A stretch of DNA of 63,948 nt, counting the filler, from Chiloscyllium plagiosum (Eukaryota), in the NCBI RefSeq assembly GCF_004010195.1. It is 5 parts of one record of this genome, joined end to end, with 100 filler letters (N's around TTAATTAATTAA, not from the genome) between each part and the next. Parts side by side here need not be neighbours in the genome. Positions count along the whole stretch, not along the records: positions 35,779 to 48,862 come from NC_057714.1; positions 48,963 to 58,358 come from NC_057714.1; 3 more parts are not named here. One strand, 5' to 3'. This document shows, in pieces, positions 37,820 through 51,655 of this stretch (the stretch's first letter is position 1; every line of letters starts with the position of its first letter). The notes beneath the pieces were generated by a model that was not told the DNA's origin, searched no databases, and saw only the letters and a list, made by a program, of their open reading frames with translations. Both the position numbers and the translations under genes were made by a program.

Positions 37820-39790
37820 ATGGGATGATTTTATTCCCCAACTAATGGGTTCAAAACATCGATATCCTTCATGATCTTTGAAAGGCCTAACCCTCTCTGT
37901 GGTTACCCTCTTGCTGTTAATGTGATTGCACAATATCTTTGGATTATCCTTCACCTTATCTGCCCATGCTATCTCATATCTCCATTTTGCTTTCGTGATT
38001 TCTCTCGAAATGATGCCCCACACTCTTTATATTGACTAAGAGATAAAATTGAATAAAGTTGTCTACATATAAAGTAAGGTTTTCTTTGATTCTTGAATAA
38101 AAGCTCAATAACTGTAGTTTTCCATTGTTCCTTAAGCTTACCAGCATTACCCTTCACTCTAACAGGGACATAATGACTCTCAACTCCTGTCATCACACTG
38201 TTGAATACTTCCCATTTGTCAGACATCGTTTTACCTGCTAACTGTCTACTCCAATTAATCTTGGTAAGCCCTTGACCCATGCCATTAAAATTTATGATAC
38301 TCCAATTAAAACAAACATTAATGAAAGGCTTATTATTTTCCATAGCCATTATGAAACTAATAGAGTTATGATTGCAAAACCCAAAATATTCCCTCACGTT
38401 TACTTCAGTCACTTGTGCTGCCTATTGCACAAAAGAAGGCCTGGTTTTGCTCTTTCTCTGTTAGAATCTTCCGCATATTGATGAAGAAAATTTTCGTGAA
38501 CACATTTGACAAATTCTTCACCATCCAACCCGTTAACACTGTGGTAGTCCCAATCGATTTTTAGAAAATTAAAATCCCCCATTATTACAACCTTATTAAG
38601 CTTACATATATCCGAGATCTCACAACATGTTTGTTTTTCAATTTCTTTCTTACTGTTGGAGAACATATGGTACAATACAATCATCGTGATCTTTCCTTTC
38701 TTATTTTTAATTTCAACCAATATATTTTCACTGGACGATTTGTCACAAATGAGCATTTAGTGCAATCTGTTCAAAGTGAACTTTACTTTGTTATTTATAA
38801 TACTACTTGCATATTTTAACTGGATAATGTTTCAGAAATATCTTCCCCCGTTACAGCAATAATTTATTCCTTAATCAAAAATGGTAGACCTCCCCTCCCT
38901 GCTCTCTTCACNNNNNNNNNNNNNNNNNNNNNNNNNNNNNNNNNNNNNNNNNNNNNNNNNNNNNNNNNNNNNNNNNNNNNNNNNNNNNNNNNNNNNNNNN
39001 NNNNNNNNNNNNNNNNNNNNNNNNNNNNNNNNNNNNNNNNNNNNNNNNNNNNNNNNNNNNNNNNNNNNNNNNNNNNNNNNNNNNNNNNNNNNNNNNNNNN
39101 NNNNNNNNNNNNNNNNNNNNNNNNNNNNNNNNNNNNNNNNNNNNNNNNNNNNNNNNNNNNNNNNNNNNNNNNNNNNNNNNNNNNNNNNNNNNNNNNNNNN
39201 NNNNNNNNNNNNNNNNNNNNNNNNNNNNNNNNNNNNNNNNNNNNNNNNNNNNNNNNNNNNNNNNNNNNNNNNNNNNNNNNNNNNNNNNNNNNNNNNNNNN
39301 NNNNNNNNNNNNNNNNNNNNNNNNNNNNNNNNNNNNNNNNNNNNNNNNNNNNNNNNNNNNNNNNNNNNNNNNNNNNNNNNNNNNNNNNNNNNNNNNNNNN
39401 NNNNNNNNNNNNNNNNNNNNTTCCCAGAACTACAGTCTCGACTTGGACATCTTTCAACCAATTTTCTGTAATACATATGATGTCCCAATCCCATGTTCTT
39501 AAACATGCCTTGAGTTCATCAGCCTTCCTTGTAAGACCCCTTACATTGAAATAAATGCAATTTCGTGCTTCAGAATTACCATATAATCTTGACTCTCTCG
39601 TTTTTCTTTTCCAATTGACTTGCTCTCCTCACATTCATTAACTTCGCTAACCATCCTACCATTTCTACTGGTACTTGGAATATCCCCCTTGCCGTCTCTA
39701 TCAATATAAAGTTTCCCTACATAGAATGAGCAAATCTCTCTGCTAAGATATTCGTTGCTTTCCAGTTTCGATTAGACCAATCTTACCCAG
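37820..39790 (-). mobile_element. CR1 ORF2 endonuclease/linker fragment
   Basis: ORFs 38409..38756 (VVIMGDFNFLKIDW..EEFVKCV.ENFL.QY), 37969..38412 and 37592..38023. Confidence 0.85.
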
Positions 39791-41279
39791 GTCCACGTAA
39801 AACCCAAATGTTGCAGGGAAAGCCACCTAAACCTAATCCAATATTAATTACGTACAAGCCTTATGAATAAAACATGGCGGGGAGCATAGTATAAAAGGTG
39901 AATTCAGCTCCATGTCCAAAATAAATTTTGTGGCTCTCTCATAAAAAAAACCTCAACTGCATTATGCTGTAAATTCACCAAAATTGGAATAACAAGAAAA
40001 CGGGACGAAAATCAATGCTAAGTAGTGAACTTCATAAATGATGATGATGAGAATGGGAGGGATGGAGTTTGGGGGGAATGATAAATAATGTTGTGGTTGA
40101 CACAATGATAAGCTGCTGGTTCACAGTGAGGAGGAAGGTGTGAGGGTACAGGTGGATATAAACCAACTGTTCAGGTGGACAAATAAATCTCTGATGAAAT
40201 TTAACACATATAAATGTGATACATTTCTGAAGTGTCAAGACAAGAGTGTACTCAAACTGAACAGAGGCTAGATTTACTTGATTTTACTTTTAAGCAAAGA
40301 AGGTTGAGAGATGCTCCTGATGGAGGTGTTTAATAGTATGAGGGGTATGCACAGGGTGATCAGAGAGCAGCTTTTCCCCTTACACGAAGGCTCAATAAAA
40401 AGGAGACACACTTATAAAGTGAAAGTGGTCTCACCACTAATCTGTAAACTGTAGAAAAACTTTCTTATTTCTAAATGTATTTGGTTTAAAAATATTTCAA
40501 CATTTATATTGTCTTCTGAAAAATGTGATATTGATGCAGAGGTTTGTTTTGTGATCCAGATTCCCTATTCCTCGTGCCTCCGTTTCGCAATCTGTTCATT
40601 GAAAAAGTACAATTTTTTCATTCAACTCTCCAACATGCTCAAATACAGACACAGTTTCTCAGCTATGATCCAAAGACCAATTTTTGCCCGTTCCCCTGAC
40701 CTCTTTAAAGACTTATATCCTGTTTACATCTTCCTTTTCTAATCTTTTCAATGTTTCTATTCTTTTAAAATAATTCAAAATATTTTTCATAAGATATACA
40801 GTATGACACTTTCCAACAGTGTTGATAATGTAATATGTTTACTCAATATCTAAACTATAAAGTTGCAACAATGCTAAAGTGTTTTGCAGTCCCGTCACCC
40901 ACTTCCCAGTCTGAAGTTGCAGCAAATAGTCATTGAAATCTCTAAAGAATTGCCAAGTATTTACTTCTGATCGGAATGGTAATTTGTCTCTTTATTATGA
41001 AATGGGCATGTCAATTACGGGCTGTCTGTCTGACTGCAACATTTTGATGTGGTTTACTCCAGACAATTAAACAACCGGAATAAAGAACAGGGTATGCCAG
41101 CTGGGTGCCAGGCCTGCTGTGGAATCAACAAAGCCTAACTGCGGTCTTTTCTCCACATTAATGTCTTGTTCAGGCCACTCAGAGCAACCTACACCTCCCT
41201 CAACCAAACCCCTCGACTCCTGTCACACCAGCCACCAACAATGAATAAAATTCCAAGAACTGCAGATGGAGCAACAAAA

Positions 41280-44200
41280 GAACATAGAAATTAGGAGTGG
41301 CGGAAGGATTATTCACATTAAACACCATCTGCTAGATATAACAATCTGCCCCAATTTCCAATATTCATCTGTAAACTCTTTATTTCCGTAGTACTGCCTG
41401 TTTGCCACCTAGTTTAGTACCATCTGTGAATTTAGTTGCTACACTCTGTCTCTCCTTCCAATTCATTGGGATTGATTGTAAACAGTTGACGTCTGAGAAC
41501 TGAAACCTGTAGCACCTCACTAGTTTTAGTTCGTCAGAGAAAGACCAGTTATCCCGATGCTTAGCTTTCTGTCAGTAAGCCAATCTTTTATACAATTCAT
41601 ATTCTACCCGTAACCCCCTGGGATCTAACCTGCTAGATCAGTCCTTTATGCAGCACCTTGTCAAATGCCTTCTGAAGTTTAGATGTACAGCAGTTGCTGT
41701 ATCCCAATTATCCACATTGTTGGTTACATTCTCAAAGAACTGCAGCAGGTATGTGAAGCACAACCTGCCCATCATGAAACCGTGCTGACAGTGGTGAACT
41801 GATCTTTGTTTTTCCAAATGTTCAGTTATTTCCTACTTTATGGTTGACTGAAGAAACTTCCCCATCACAGAGTTAAAACTCACTGGTATAAAATTTGCCA
41901 TTCTTTTTCCTATCTCTTGTTTTGAATACGAGTGTCACATTATTAATTTTCCAATAGTTCGGCACAGTTCCAGAATCAAAGGATGTTTTGGAATATCGTA
42001 ACTAACACGTTAGGTACCTCTGCTGTTACCTCCTTTATTATAATAGAGTGCAGGCCGAGAGCCTGACCTCCCTCTAATCCCATCAATGTATTTAATACAT
42101 TTTTCCCTCAGCATCGTACTTCCATCAAGATCCTTTGCAGTTGATGAAAGTTTTGGGAAGAAATTATCTTCCACTGTGAAAGCAAGAAGTTTTGGCTTTA
42201 CCTCTGCCTCTTCTGAGTTTCCCATTACTACCCCACCGTTTTCATTCTCTAAAAGGCCAACATTTGCGTTCAGCATTTTCTTTTACTTTTTATCTACTCG
42301 GAGAAGTGTTCTTTATCAATTCTTATGTTTTCGACGCATTTTCCTTCGTAGCGATTTTGATTTTGTTTTTCGAAAAAATTTGTGAACAATTAAAGCGTTT
42401 TTCTTTATTCCATTCATAGGAAGATGGCGTCGCTGGTTAGACAGCACTCATTGGCCTTCCCTAATTGCCCAGAGCGCAGTTAAGCGTCAAGCAACTTTGT
42501 GTGGGTTTGAAGTCACAAGTAGGTCAGACCAAGCAAGGATGGTGATTTCCGGTCCTAAAGGACATTCATGAAACATATGGGTGTTTCAAACAATAAGCAA
42601 AGGATTCATTACCATCAATAGACTCTTAATTACAGGTTCATATTGAATTTAAAATCCACCATCTGCCATGGCGGCATTTGAACCCGAGTACCCAGAACAT
42701 TATCTGGATCAGCAGTCGGTGATAACGCCTTCATGTTATAATTAAATTCCTTGTTAAGTCATGGATCACTTTTCACCTTTTTAAATTTCCTCTTCCACTC
42801 AGGATTACACTTTAATTATAGTTGCCTTAAATGTTTTTGCCAAGTCCACTCAGGCCAAGCCCTTCCTCAGAACAGTAAACTTATCATTGTCCAACACTAC
42901 ACCTCACATCTGTGACTCTTTCTTCACTGTTTCAGTCTGAATGTGAAACTGTAGCATGTTGTGGTCACTCTTTCTAAGGTGATCTTGTACTACAGTATGA
43001 TTGATAATTCCTTCCTCATTACATTATAACAAAGTCAGTTCTCTGTTTGGTTCCTTGAGATGTTACTCGAAGAAATCATTCCTCCTACGTTCGACGAATC
43101 GTCCTTTGAATCTCCCCTTGCCAAATTCATCAATTTAGTCAATATGCATGTTCAAATTGCCCATAATCACTCTTGTGTCCTTGCCTCAAACCTTCGTTAT
43201 TCCCTGGTTTATGCTATTCCCTACTTTGAAAGTAGTTTGCCCGGGTGGGGGTTTGTGAGCTGGGAATGCTTCTACCAACGGGTATCTTTCAATGTAATTA
43301 TTTCGAACCGGATGGATTCATCATTTTTGTCCAACGTGCTAATATCATTTCTTATTACAGCCTTGACATCACTCTTATCCAATACAGACACTCCACCTGC
43401 TGTTCCTTCTTGTCTGAATTCTGAGTACCCTTGCACAATTAACACCCCAGTCCTGACATTCCTGTAACCACATTTCAGTAATCCCCACCAGGCCATACCT
43501 CGTTATCTGTGTTTGAGCTGTCAGCTAATTAATTTTATTTCAAATACTGCACACATTTAGTTAAAAGTATTTTTATGTAAGTTCTATTGATTTGTCTTTC
43601 TCTTTTAATAGTTTTGTGCACAGGCTCTTCATCCTTATTTATTGATCCCCGATAATAGTGAGCCTATCATTTACTCCAACTTTCTACTCATTTCTTAAAT
43701 TGTTACTGTTCCTTCCTTCAGCATGATCATGGACTGGCTCTGCCTGTTTAGTTCACTTTCTGCTCAGTTTCTAACCTGCTGCTTTGGTTCCCAGCCTCCT
43801 GTATTATGAGGTTAAACCTACCCGAGTTACACTATCACACCTCCCTTGCACGATGTTGGGGCCACTCCAGTTAAGGTGCGCCCTGTCCTTTTTGCACAGC
43901 TCTCACCTGCCCCGGAAGCTATCCGAATCATCCAAATATCAGAAAGCCTCCTCCAAGACCAGCTCTTTAGCCACGTAGCTCCCTCTTCCTTGTCTCAATT
44001 GTAGGTGGCACAAGGAGTAATCCTTAGACTACAATCCTGGAGATCCTGCTTTTAAACTCAGGCCTCGCTTCCTAAAATTTTTTGCAGGACCGTTCAGCCC
44101 TCCTACGTATGTCATTCGTATCAATGTGTACCACAACCGATGGCTGTTCAGTTTGCCCTGAACATGCTCGGAGACATCCCTGATCCTCGCACCAACCGCC
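41280..44200 (-). mobile_element. Long, heavily degraded CR1 LINE
   Basis: NVGLLENENGGVVMGNSEEA; IVQGYSEFR..GGVSVL; antisense RT motifs (gcaccttgtcaaatgccttctg); tail near 41281. Confidence 0.75.
42421..42725 (-). mobile_element. tRNA-headed SINE of a second family (resembles Meta-domain SINEs, by recall)
   Basis: Reverse complement has B-box gggttcaaatgcc and core aatgtcctttagg..ccttgcttggtctgacctacttgtgacttcaaacccac..gggcaattaggga. Confidence 0.65.
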
Positions 44201-44215
44201 CTTTGTATGAAGAAT

Positions 44216-44376
44216 TCATATAATCATAAAATCACTGCGGTGGGGAAACAGGCCATTTCACACAACACGTCCACGCTGACCCTCCGAAGAGTAACGCACC
44301 CTGATCCATTCCCCTACTTTATTACTCTGCATTTACCCCTTACTAATGCATCTAACCGGCACATTGCTGAACACTT
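44216..44376 (-). mobile_element. HE1-type SINE 3' fragment
   Basis: ggaaacaggccatttcacacaacacgtccacgctgaccctccgaagag. Confidence 0.75.
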
Positions 44377-44949
44377 TTGGCAAAAAGTCAGCAACCTAGA
44401 CCCATTCCGTTACCCTGTGTTAAATCTGCTTTCTCCCAACAGATGCTTCCAGAGCTACTGAGCATTTCCAGCAATTTCTGGTTTTGTCACCGATGATAGT
44501 TGCATATTGATTAAAACATATGCAACTCAGACTTGAAACAAAGCTGTTGGCAAAAAGTCAGCAACCTCGACCCATTCCGTTACCCTGTGTTAAATCTGCT
44601 TTCTCACAACAGATGCTTCCAGAGCTACTGAGCATTTCCAGCAATTTCTGGTTTTGTCACCGATGATAGTTATATTGATTAAAACATATGCAACTCAGAC
44701 TTGAAACAAAGCTGAATTTAAACTCTCAGGAGAAAATTAAATATTTGGTCATTCTCTGATCCCAGTTAAGTTCTATTAAATTACTCCTGTCCGTCAACAT
44801 CATTTGTTCACTTTCTCAATCCTGAATAAAGGAGATTTTTGCATTTTTTAAAAAAATATCAGAAACCTCGGAAACGTTGCACACTTCTTCATATGGGAAT
44901 GTGATCGCATCTCATTCTTTCGTCTCAGTTCAATTACAGAGGATTATTC

Positions 44950-45056
44950 ACAACACACAGACACACACATACATACACACATACACACAGACACACATAA
45001 ACATACATACACACATACATACATACACACACAGTCAGACAGACATACACACACAC
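44950..45056. repeat. Imperfect (CA)n/(CATA)n microsatellite
   Basis: Directly visible. Confidence 0.95.
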
Positions 45057-45150
45057 CGAAAACGGGTCTTTTTTTGAAACAGAAAAGAAGTATTATGTCA
45101 ACGTAGATGATCGAATTTATGGATAATTATGTAGGGCTGACAAACGATAT

Positions 45151-48100
45151 TGTTATAAAGGTGTAGAGGTGTACATTGTTCTGAAAGAAGTTAAAATGTA
45201 ACATTTGACTGTGAAGTTAATCGTGAGTCTGAGTTGCCATGGAACAAAAACAAATTCAGTTTAAATTATGCCCCAACACACTGAAATCCAATCGAGTTTG
45301 AAATATAATGCAATGTGTTGAGGTGTAAAACTGGTCATTTTGAACATTTAGGGGGAGAACTGTTAAGGACATCCACAAAGATAGACTGCTGGCGGAAGAG
45401 CTTTCTGAAAGGTACCTGTCTATAAGAAGTTTGCACAGCAGAACATCGAAGCCAACCGAGATAAAAATCTACAGTGCAAAATCTACAAAGGAAAATTGAC
45501 AAAGCTGACTGGTTTTGAAACGTGATTTTTTTTTGTAAATCTTAATCTTGGTGTTTTGTTTTATCGGCGTTTGAAAACGCACAGTAGATTTAATCATTTG
45601 CACATTATTGTCCGAGAGTTTTAAACAAAAAGTCGGTGAGACACTTTGTTTAATTTCGGTGACTTGTGGTTGGTTAAATTAAAGGTGAGAGAAATGGTTC
45701 TTAAAATGTTAAAGAAGTTCTGGCGTTTGAAGATGATTCTCACATTTGCCGAGGGCGTTTAGAAGGAAAGATAAAGGCAAAACTTTTAGAATTAGCAAAG
45801 AATTTAGATTTGTGTTTTACCAAGAACAAGAGTAAAGCTGAAATTATCAGGAAATTACTCAAACACAAAGTTTTGTCAGAGCAACAATTACAATTCAACA
45901 AAAATTACAATTCAAGAAAATGCAGTTTAACGATAAATGAAAGGAAAGAGACAGAGAAAGAAGAAAGAGAAAGCAAAAGAGAAGAGAGAAGAAAGAAGTT
46001 TCGTAGCTGAGCAAAGAGAGAGAGAGAAGAAAAGGCGAGAGAAAGAGAAAGAAGGTGCTTAGTTGAGCAAAAAAGGAGCGAATTTGAACTTGAGAAGTTG
46101 CGATTTAGTTAGCAAAGTCAAGTTAACATGATGGAGATTAAAAGGGACATTAGTGACATATACAACTATGTCAAAACTCTGCCACATTTTGATGAGAAAG
46201 ATGTTGAAGCCTTCTTTATTTCATTTGAAAAATTGGCTAGGCAGATGGAGTGGTCTGAGGATTTATGGGTAATGCTACTTCGGACTAAGCTGTTCGGCAG
46301 AGCTAGAGAAGTATTCGCTGCGCTGTCAGATGAGAGGGTCAAGAGATTATGAAGACGTCAAACAACGTGTTTTATGTGCTTACGAATTGGTACGGGAAGT
46401 ATATAGCCTTATGTTGAGTTCGAAAGAATTAAACATAGGTATTTTGATAGATAGGGTGCAGGCTTTAAAGATAGATAAGACCTATGAGACTCTAAGGGAG
46501 ATTATTCTGCTGGAGGAGTTTAAATACTCACTTCCAGAGATGATAATAATTCACGTGGAGGAACAGAAGGTTCAGGAATTGAAAAGGGCAGGAGAATTAG
46601 CAGATGAATACATGTTGCTGCATAAGACAGGCTTCCTGCCAGAATTTCGTCCTGTGAGGGATAGAATTTGGGAGAAGGGGAGATGCTACACTATAAAAGA
46701 AAGAGTAGAGAATAAGAGTTTACCAAAGATTAAAGAAGATGCCCAAGTGAGTGGAAAGGAGGTGAAAGGCCTGAGCAGTTTTCATTGTAATGGAAGGGGA
46801 CACAGAAAATTCCATAGCTGTGGTTTCAGATGGGCATTGGGAAAAGACGTTTCCACTGATAAGGAGGGATATGTATGGACACAATGCTGATCGTTCAGAA
46901 AAGGACTGTGGGAAAAGATGTGGTAAAAGAATGTAAGCCAGTGGCATCAGTGAAAGTCTTAAAGGAGAAGCCAACAAGAGCCGAGGAGCTGCAGGAAAGT
47001 GCACAGCCTCGGCAGGGGCTGGGTATGGAGTTAGTACCTAATCTCTATAAAGAATTCGCCTCAGTGACTAAAGTTTACTCAGAAATAAGTGGGGTAGAAG
47101 GGCAATAAGTTATAATTTTGAGAGATACATTAACTAACCAGTCGCTAATAGAAAGAGATGAACGAATTTGCAGTCTTTCTGATGTGTTATCAGAGAGTAT
47201 AGTAATTTATGGGAAAGATGGGCAGAAATCTAGCGTTCCCCTATGTAAGATCAGGTTGGAGTACCTACTCAAGACTGGGGAAGTTACAGTGGGAATGATT
47301 GACAGAGTGTCGGATTCAGGAATCCAGTTTGTTCTTGGGAATGATTTAGCAGGGTCCAAGTTGGGAGCGACACCCCTCGTTGTGGAGAAGCCCAAGGAAG
47401 ACCAAGAAACTGATGAGTTAAATCAGAAATATCCTGGTATTTTCCCAGACTGTCCAGTAGCCAGATCCCACTATCATAACTCACAGCATGAAGCACAGCT
47501 AAAGACAAAGATTAAGGAGTTGAGGTTCAGTTAGCTGGTACCCTGACAAAGATTAAGGAGTTGAGGTTCAGTTAGCTGGTACCCTGTTTGCCTTAATGGT
47601 GCAGGGAAAACCTGAACAAGCAGAGAGTCAGACAGAGGTGTTTTGTCCTGAAAGGCAAAGGGACTTGCAACAGGCAGACAAGGTGATAAAAGATATATAT
47701 GTGGATGTGTACTCTGAAAAGGAGGCAGAGGATATTCTTGAGAGTTATTATCCGAAAGATAGATCTTAAGACCGAAATGAAGACCACATCAGGTTAGTGC
47801 AGAGGAGACATGTGCCGAGGTGCACCAGATTCTGTTGCCAGTAGCATAGAGACAGGACGTTTTACGTGTAGTACATGAACTACCTGTAAGAGGTCACCTA
47901 AGGGTACGAAAGACTCGGGCTAAGGGAGAAAACATTTTTATTGACCTGGAATGCACAAAGATCTGGTTAACTTTTGGCATACATGTCATTCATGCCAAAT
48001 AGTAGGTAGGCCACGGACAGTAATGAAACTAACACCTCAGCTGCCAATTCCCACATTCGAAGTCCTCTTCATGTGAGTTATAAATGAGTGTGTATGTCCC

Positions 48101-48522
48101 TTCCTGAAAAGTAGAGGAGAGAAAGAATTGGAGAAACAGGTGGCAGTTACTGCCCCACAGAGTGAGGAATCAAATTCAAATGTTTTGGATTTTGATGTGC
48201 CTCAAAATATGTTTAAAATGCAGATGTCCTTGAGCAGTGGGTTAAGTTCGTAAGCTATCTGTCTCAGGAGCATATTGCAGTATGAGGGCATATGTAAGAA
48301 TTATGTGGAGCGGGACTAATGCTATTGTACATGAAGTTGACGTAGAGAATACTGTTCCTATAAAACAATACCCATATCATCTTAATCCTCTCAAAGCCAG
48401 ACAGGTCCAGAAGGAGGTGGAGGCTATGCTCACTGAGGACATCACCAAACAAAGCAAGAGCGAGTGGAACTCGCTGATTTTTCTTAGTTCCCAAACTGAA
48501 TGGGACTCAATGATTTTGCTTG
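45151..48522 (+). mobile_element. Gmr1-like Gypsy retrotransposon remnant: LTR, gag (SCAN-like, Zn knuckle), protease, integrase N-terminus, RT start
   Basis: LPHFDEKDVEAFFISFEK; LREIILLEEFKYSLP..GELADEY; FHCNGRGH; RDT..QSLI; HELPVRGHL..CHSCQIVG (47870-48010) lies upstream of IVHEVDV..PIKQYPY..KEVEAML (48282-48527). Confidence 0.9.
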
Positions 48523-48862
48523 TGTGAGAAACGAACCCACTTAATCAATAATTTTCAGTCCAACTCAAAGAGTTCCGAAACAGCACATTTATTTGAACAA
48601 CTATAAAGATGGGTGGCTCTATGAAGAGAGACACATCCGAAAGTAAAATACAGAGCTTTTTTTTATACTTTTCTGAGGGATCTCTCGACACCCCTACACT
48701 GAGCAATAAACCTATCATAAGTGTCTACTTCATTCTACCACCTTATTTGATTATTACTTGTGCCCGTTATTCCTTCATTTGGGAATTCCCTGCACCCAAA
48801 CCTAAGCCTATCATACTTAATAATTGCCTCTCTTGTTTTTCTTTAAATCTGCCTTATTTGTC
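48523..48862 (-). mobile_element. Possible LTR of a different element inserted into the RT
   Basis: RT homology stops abruptly after PKLNGTQ*FC; the new sequence starts TGTGAG and has antisense AATAAA and TATA-like motifs. Confidence 0.4.
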
Positions 48863-48962
48863 NNNNNNNNNNNNNNNNNNNNNNNNNNNNNNNNNNNNNN
48901 NNNNNNTTAATTAATTAANNNNNNNNNNNNNNNNNNNNNNNNNNNNNNNNNNNNNNNNNNNN
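48863..48962. other. Artificial scaffold linker
   Basis: 44 N + TTAATTAATTAA + 44 N. Confidence 0.95.
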
Positions 48963-49462
48963 GTGCTCCCTCAACACCTCAGAAAGTGCTCCCTCAATAC
49001 CTCAGATAGTTCTCCCTCAGTACCTCAGAAAGTGCTCCCTCAGTACCTCAGAAAGTGCTCCCTCAATATCTAAGAAAGTGCTCCTTCATTACCTCAGATA
49101 ATGCTTCCTCAGTACCTCAGAAAGTGCTCCCTCAATATTTCAGAAAGTGTTCCCACTGGACCTCAGATTGTGCTTCATCAGTACCTCAGAAAGTGATCCA
49201 TCAGTACCTCAGAAAGTGCTCCCTCAATATCTCAGATAGTGCTCCCTCTATACCTCAGAAAGTGCTCCCTCAATACCTCAGACAGTGGTCCCTCAATACC
49301 TCAGATAGTTCTCCCTCAGTACCTCAGAAAGAGCTCCCTTAATACCACAGAAAGTGTTCCCTCAATAGCTCAGATAGTTCTCCCTCCGTACCTCAGATAA
49401 TGCTCCCTCAATTCCTCAGATAGTTCTCCCTCACTACCTCAGACAGTGCTCCCTCAATACCG
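48963..49462. repeat. 23-bp minisatellite (gtgctccctcagtacctcagaaa), about 21 copies
   Basis: Period 23 (48963, 48986, ...). Confidence 0.95.
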
Positions 49463-49670
49463 AAGAAAGCATCACTTTGTTGTATTTAACCCCCAAAGCC
49501 CCTCAGACAGTAGCTCCACAAAACATTCACATCTTTAACACTTCAGGGCTCAGCCCAGCTCCGCCCTCAGATTGCGTTCAAACCCCTTCAGATTGTAAGG
49601 ACCCACATCCACCCTTGTCCAAGATAGGAGCCCAGGTCCCCAGAACATGACTTGTCTCTCTGGATTAATT

Positions 49671-49918
49671 TTAGAATTCTTACAGTGTAGAAGCAAGCCA
49701 TTCCGTCCATTGGCTCCACACTGACTGCCTGAACAGCATCGCACCCAGACTCACATCCTCTACCCTATCCCTGTAATGCTGCATTTCCCATGGCATCTTT
49801 GGGCGGTGGGAGGAAACTGGAGCACCAGGAGGGAACCTGCATAGATACGGAGAGAATGTGCAAACTCCACACAGACAGTCACCGGGAGTTAGAATTAAAC
49901 CACTGGGGCACCGTGCTG
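49671..49918 (-). mobile_element. Diverged HE1-type SINE
   Basis: tacagtgtagaagcaagccatt..gggaggaaactggagcac..gagaatgtgcaaactccacacagacagtc. Confidence 0.8.
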
Positions 49919-50239
49919 TTCTCTCTCCTTGGATGCCATCTCATCTAACCTTTTACTAAGAAGTCTCCTATGTGAAACCTTCTCATCTGTCTCCTTGGTC
50001 ATCCCTTCAAAAGCTCTATCAAGTTGGACACATCATTTCCACAAACAAAGCCAAGCTGACCATCCCTAATCAATTCTTGCTTTTCCAAATGAATGTAAAT
50101 TGTCTCTCAGAATGCCTTCCAACAGCTTATTCACCACTGCCACCAGGCGCAGAGCTCCACAGTACAATGGCTGTTCCTTGCAGCTTTACTTCAATAATGG
50201 CACATCATTAATCACCCTCCAGTCTTCAGGCACCTCACC

Positions 50240-51200
50240 CCTTGCCACTGATCGGTCCATCTGACAAGGCCATCTACATCCTTCTGTCATCTAAGGCTAT
50301 CATCCTCAGTATTTATCACCCAACAATCTTCATATCATTCATGAACCCAATGATTAATCCTCCGCCATTCAAATTTGAATCTTTTCTATCAACCACATCA
50401 GCAAGACCCCAACAGTGAGACATGAACAGACAGAGATTTCTAACTGGGCCATCACTGTCTGCTTCCTGCCACTCAGCATTCTGCGCCAAATTCCTTGGAT
50501 CTTGAGTTTTCACATTCACTATCAGTTTCCAGTATGGGTCCTGATAAAAGCCTTACTGACCTCTAAGCAGGCGATAGGAAAGTATTGCCCTTATTTACAC
50601 ACCTGGTCACCTCCTTAAAAAGTGCAATCCCATTGGTCAGACCTGACCTCCCTTTAACAGAACCATTCTGAATGTTCTTTATGAACTCCAGTCTCTTTAA
50701 ATGCTGATTAATTCTATCTCCCAAAATTGCTTCCAACAGACGTTCCACCCACGATATTAGCCTGACTGGCCTGGAGCTGCCTTGTATATCCCATGCTCCG
50801 TCTTGAATAACAGTACCACATGGTCAGTCCGACGGCACCTCTCCTGTGGCCAGAGGGGTTTTGAAAATGTTTGCAAGTGTACCTGTTACTTCCTCCATCA
50901 CCTCATTCGGTAAACTGAGATACACTTCCACCATCTTTGGAGATTTATTGGGTTGTAAGAAGGCCAAACCTCTCAGAACCATCTCTCGTTATATATATGC
51001 TAATTCATTTAAGTGTATCACTAAGCATCTCCACGATTTCATACCAACCCTGTCCCAATGAGCGCTGATAAAATGCATCCATTCGCTATAGCCTCTGGGT
51101 CCATGCACAAATTCTCACTGTGTTCCACAACCTACTCTTTCTCTCAAATCAATTCACCCTTAATGTCACTGTAAAGTCCTTTCAGATTTTTATTTCCTCT
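50240..51200 (-). mobile_element. Old CR1 RT fragments
   Basis: ORF 50563..50748 LLEAILGDRINQHL..KGRSGLTN..FKEVT; FMNDMKIVG. Confidence 0.7.
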
Positions 51201-51655
51201 CTTAGCACGCCTCTCTCCCAGGCAATTAGCCTGCGATACGATTTGGAGGAGTGTGGGATGTCATTCTGGGTGTGGATTAGCATTGGGAAGCTCAGAAATA
51301 AGGAACACACGACTGTGCTGAGTGTGGGGCAGTGGGATTCATTTGGGATGAGCACACGGAAGCTGAGGAATAAACTTCAGCCCTGCAGCATGAAAATATC
51401 CCTTTGAGCTGGCAGGTCAGTCATGCAAAACGAAAACTCGATCCCTGGCAAAAGAGGGTGGAACCTCTTCAGCTTCAATAACCAAATGAAGACGGTCTGT
51501 TTGAATCTGGAATCTGGACGTGGGAATCATTGCTGAGCAGGGTATGAAGGACGCAGAGGCAGAAATGTACGGAACAATTTCAGATATTCCTCTTAGGCCA
51601 CAAGACATGGGAGCAGAAATTAGGCCATTCAGCACATTTGATAGTGTGGCTATCA

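Noticed and set aside
38864..39506. Long ORFs here and at 3139-3636, 23109-23600 and 59478-60376
   Set aside because: Artefacts of translation through N gaps
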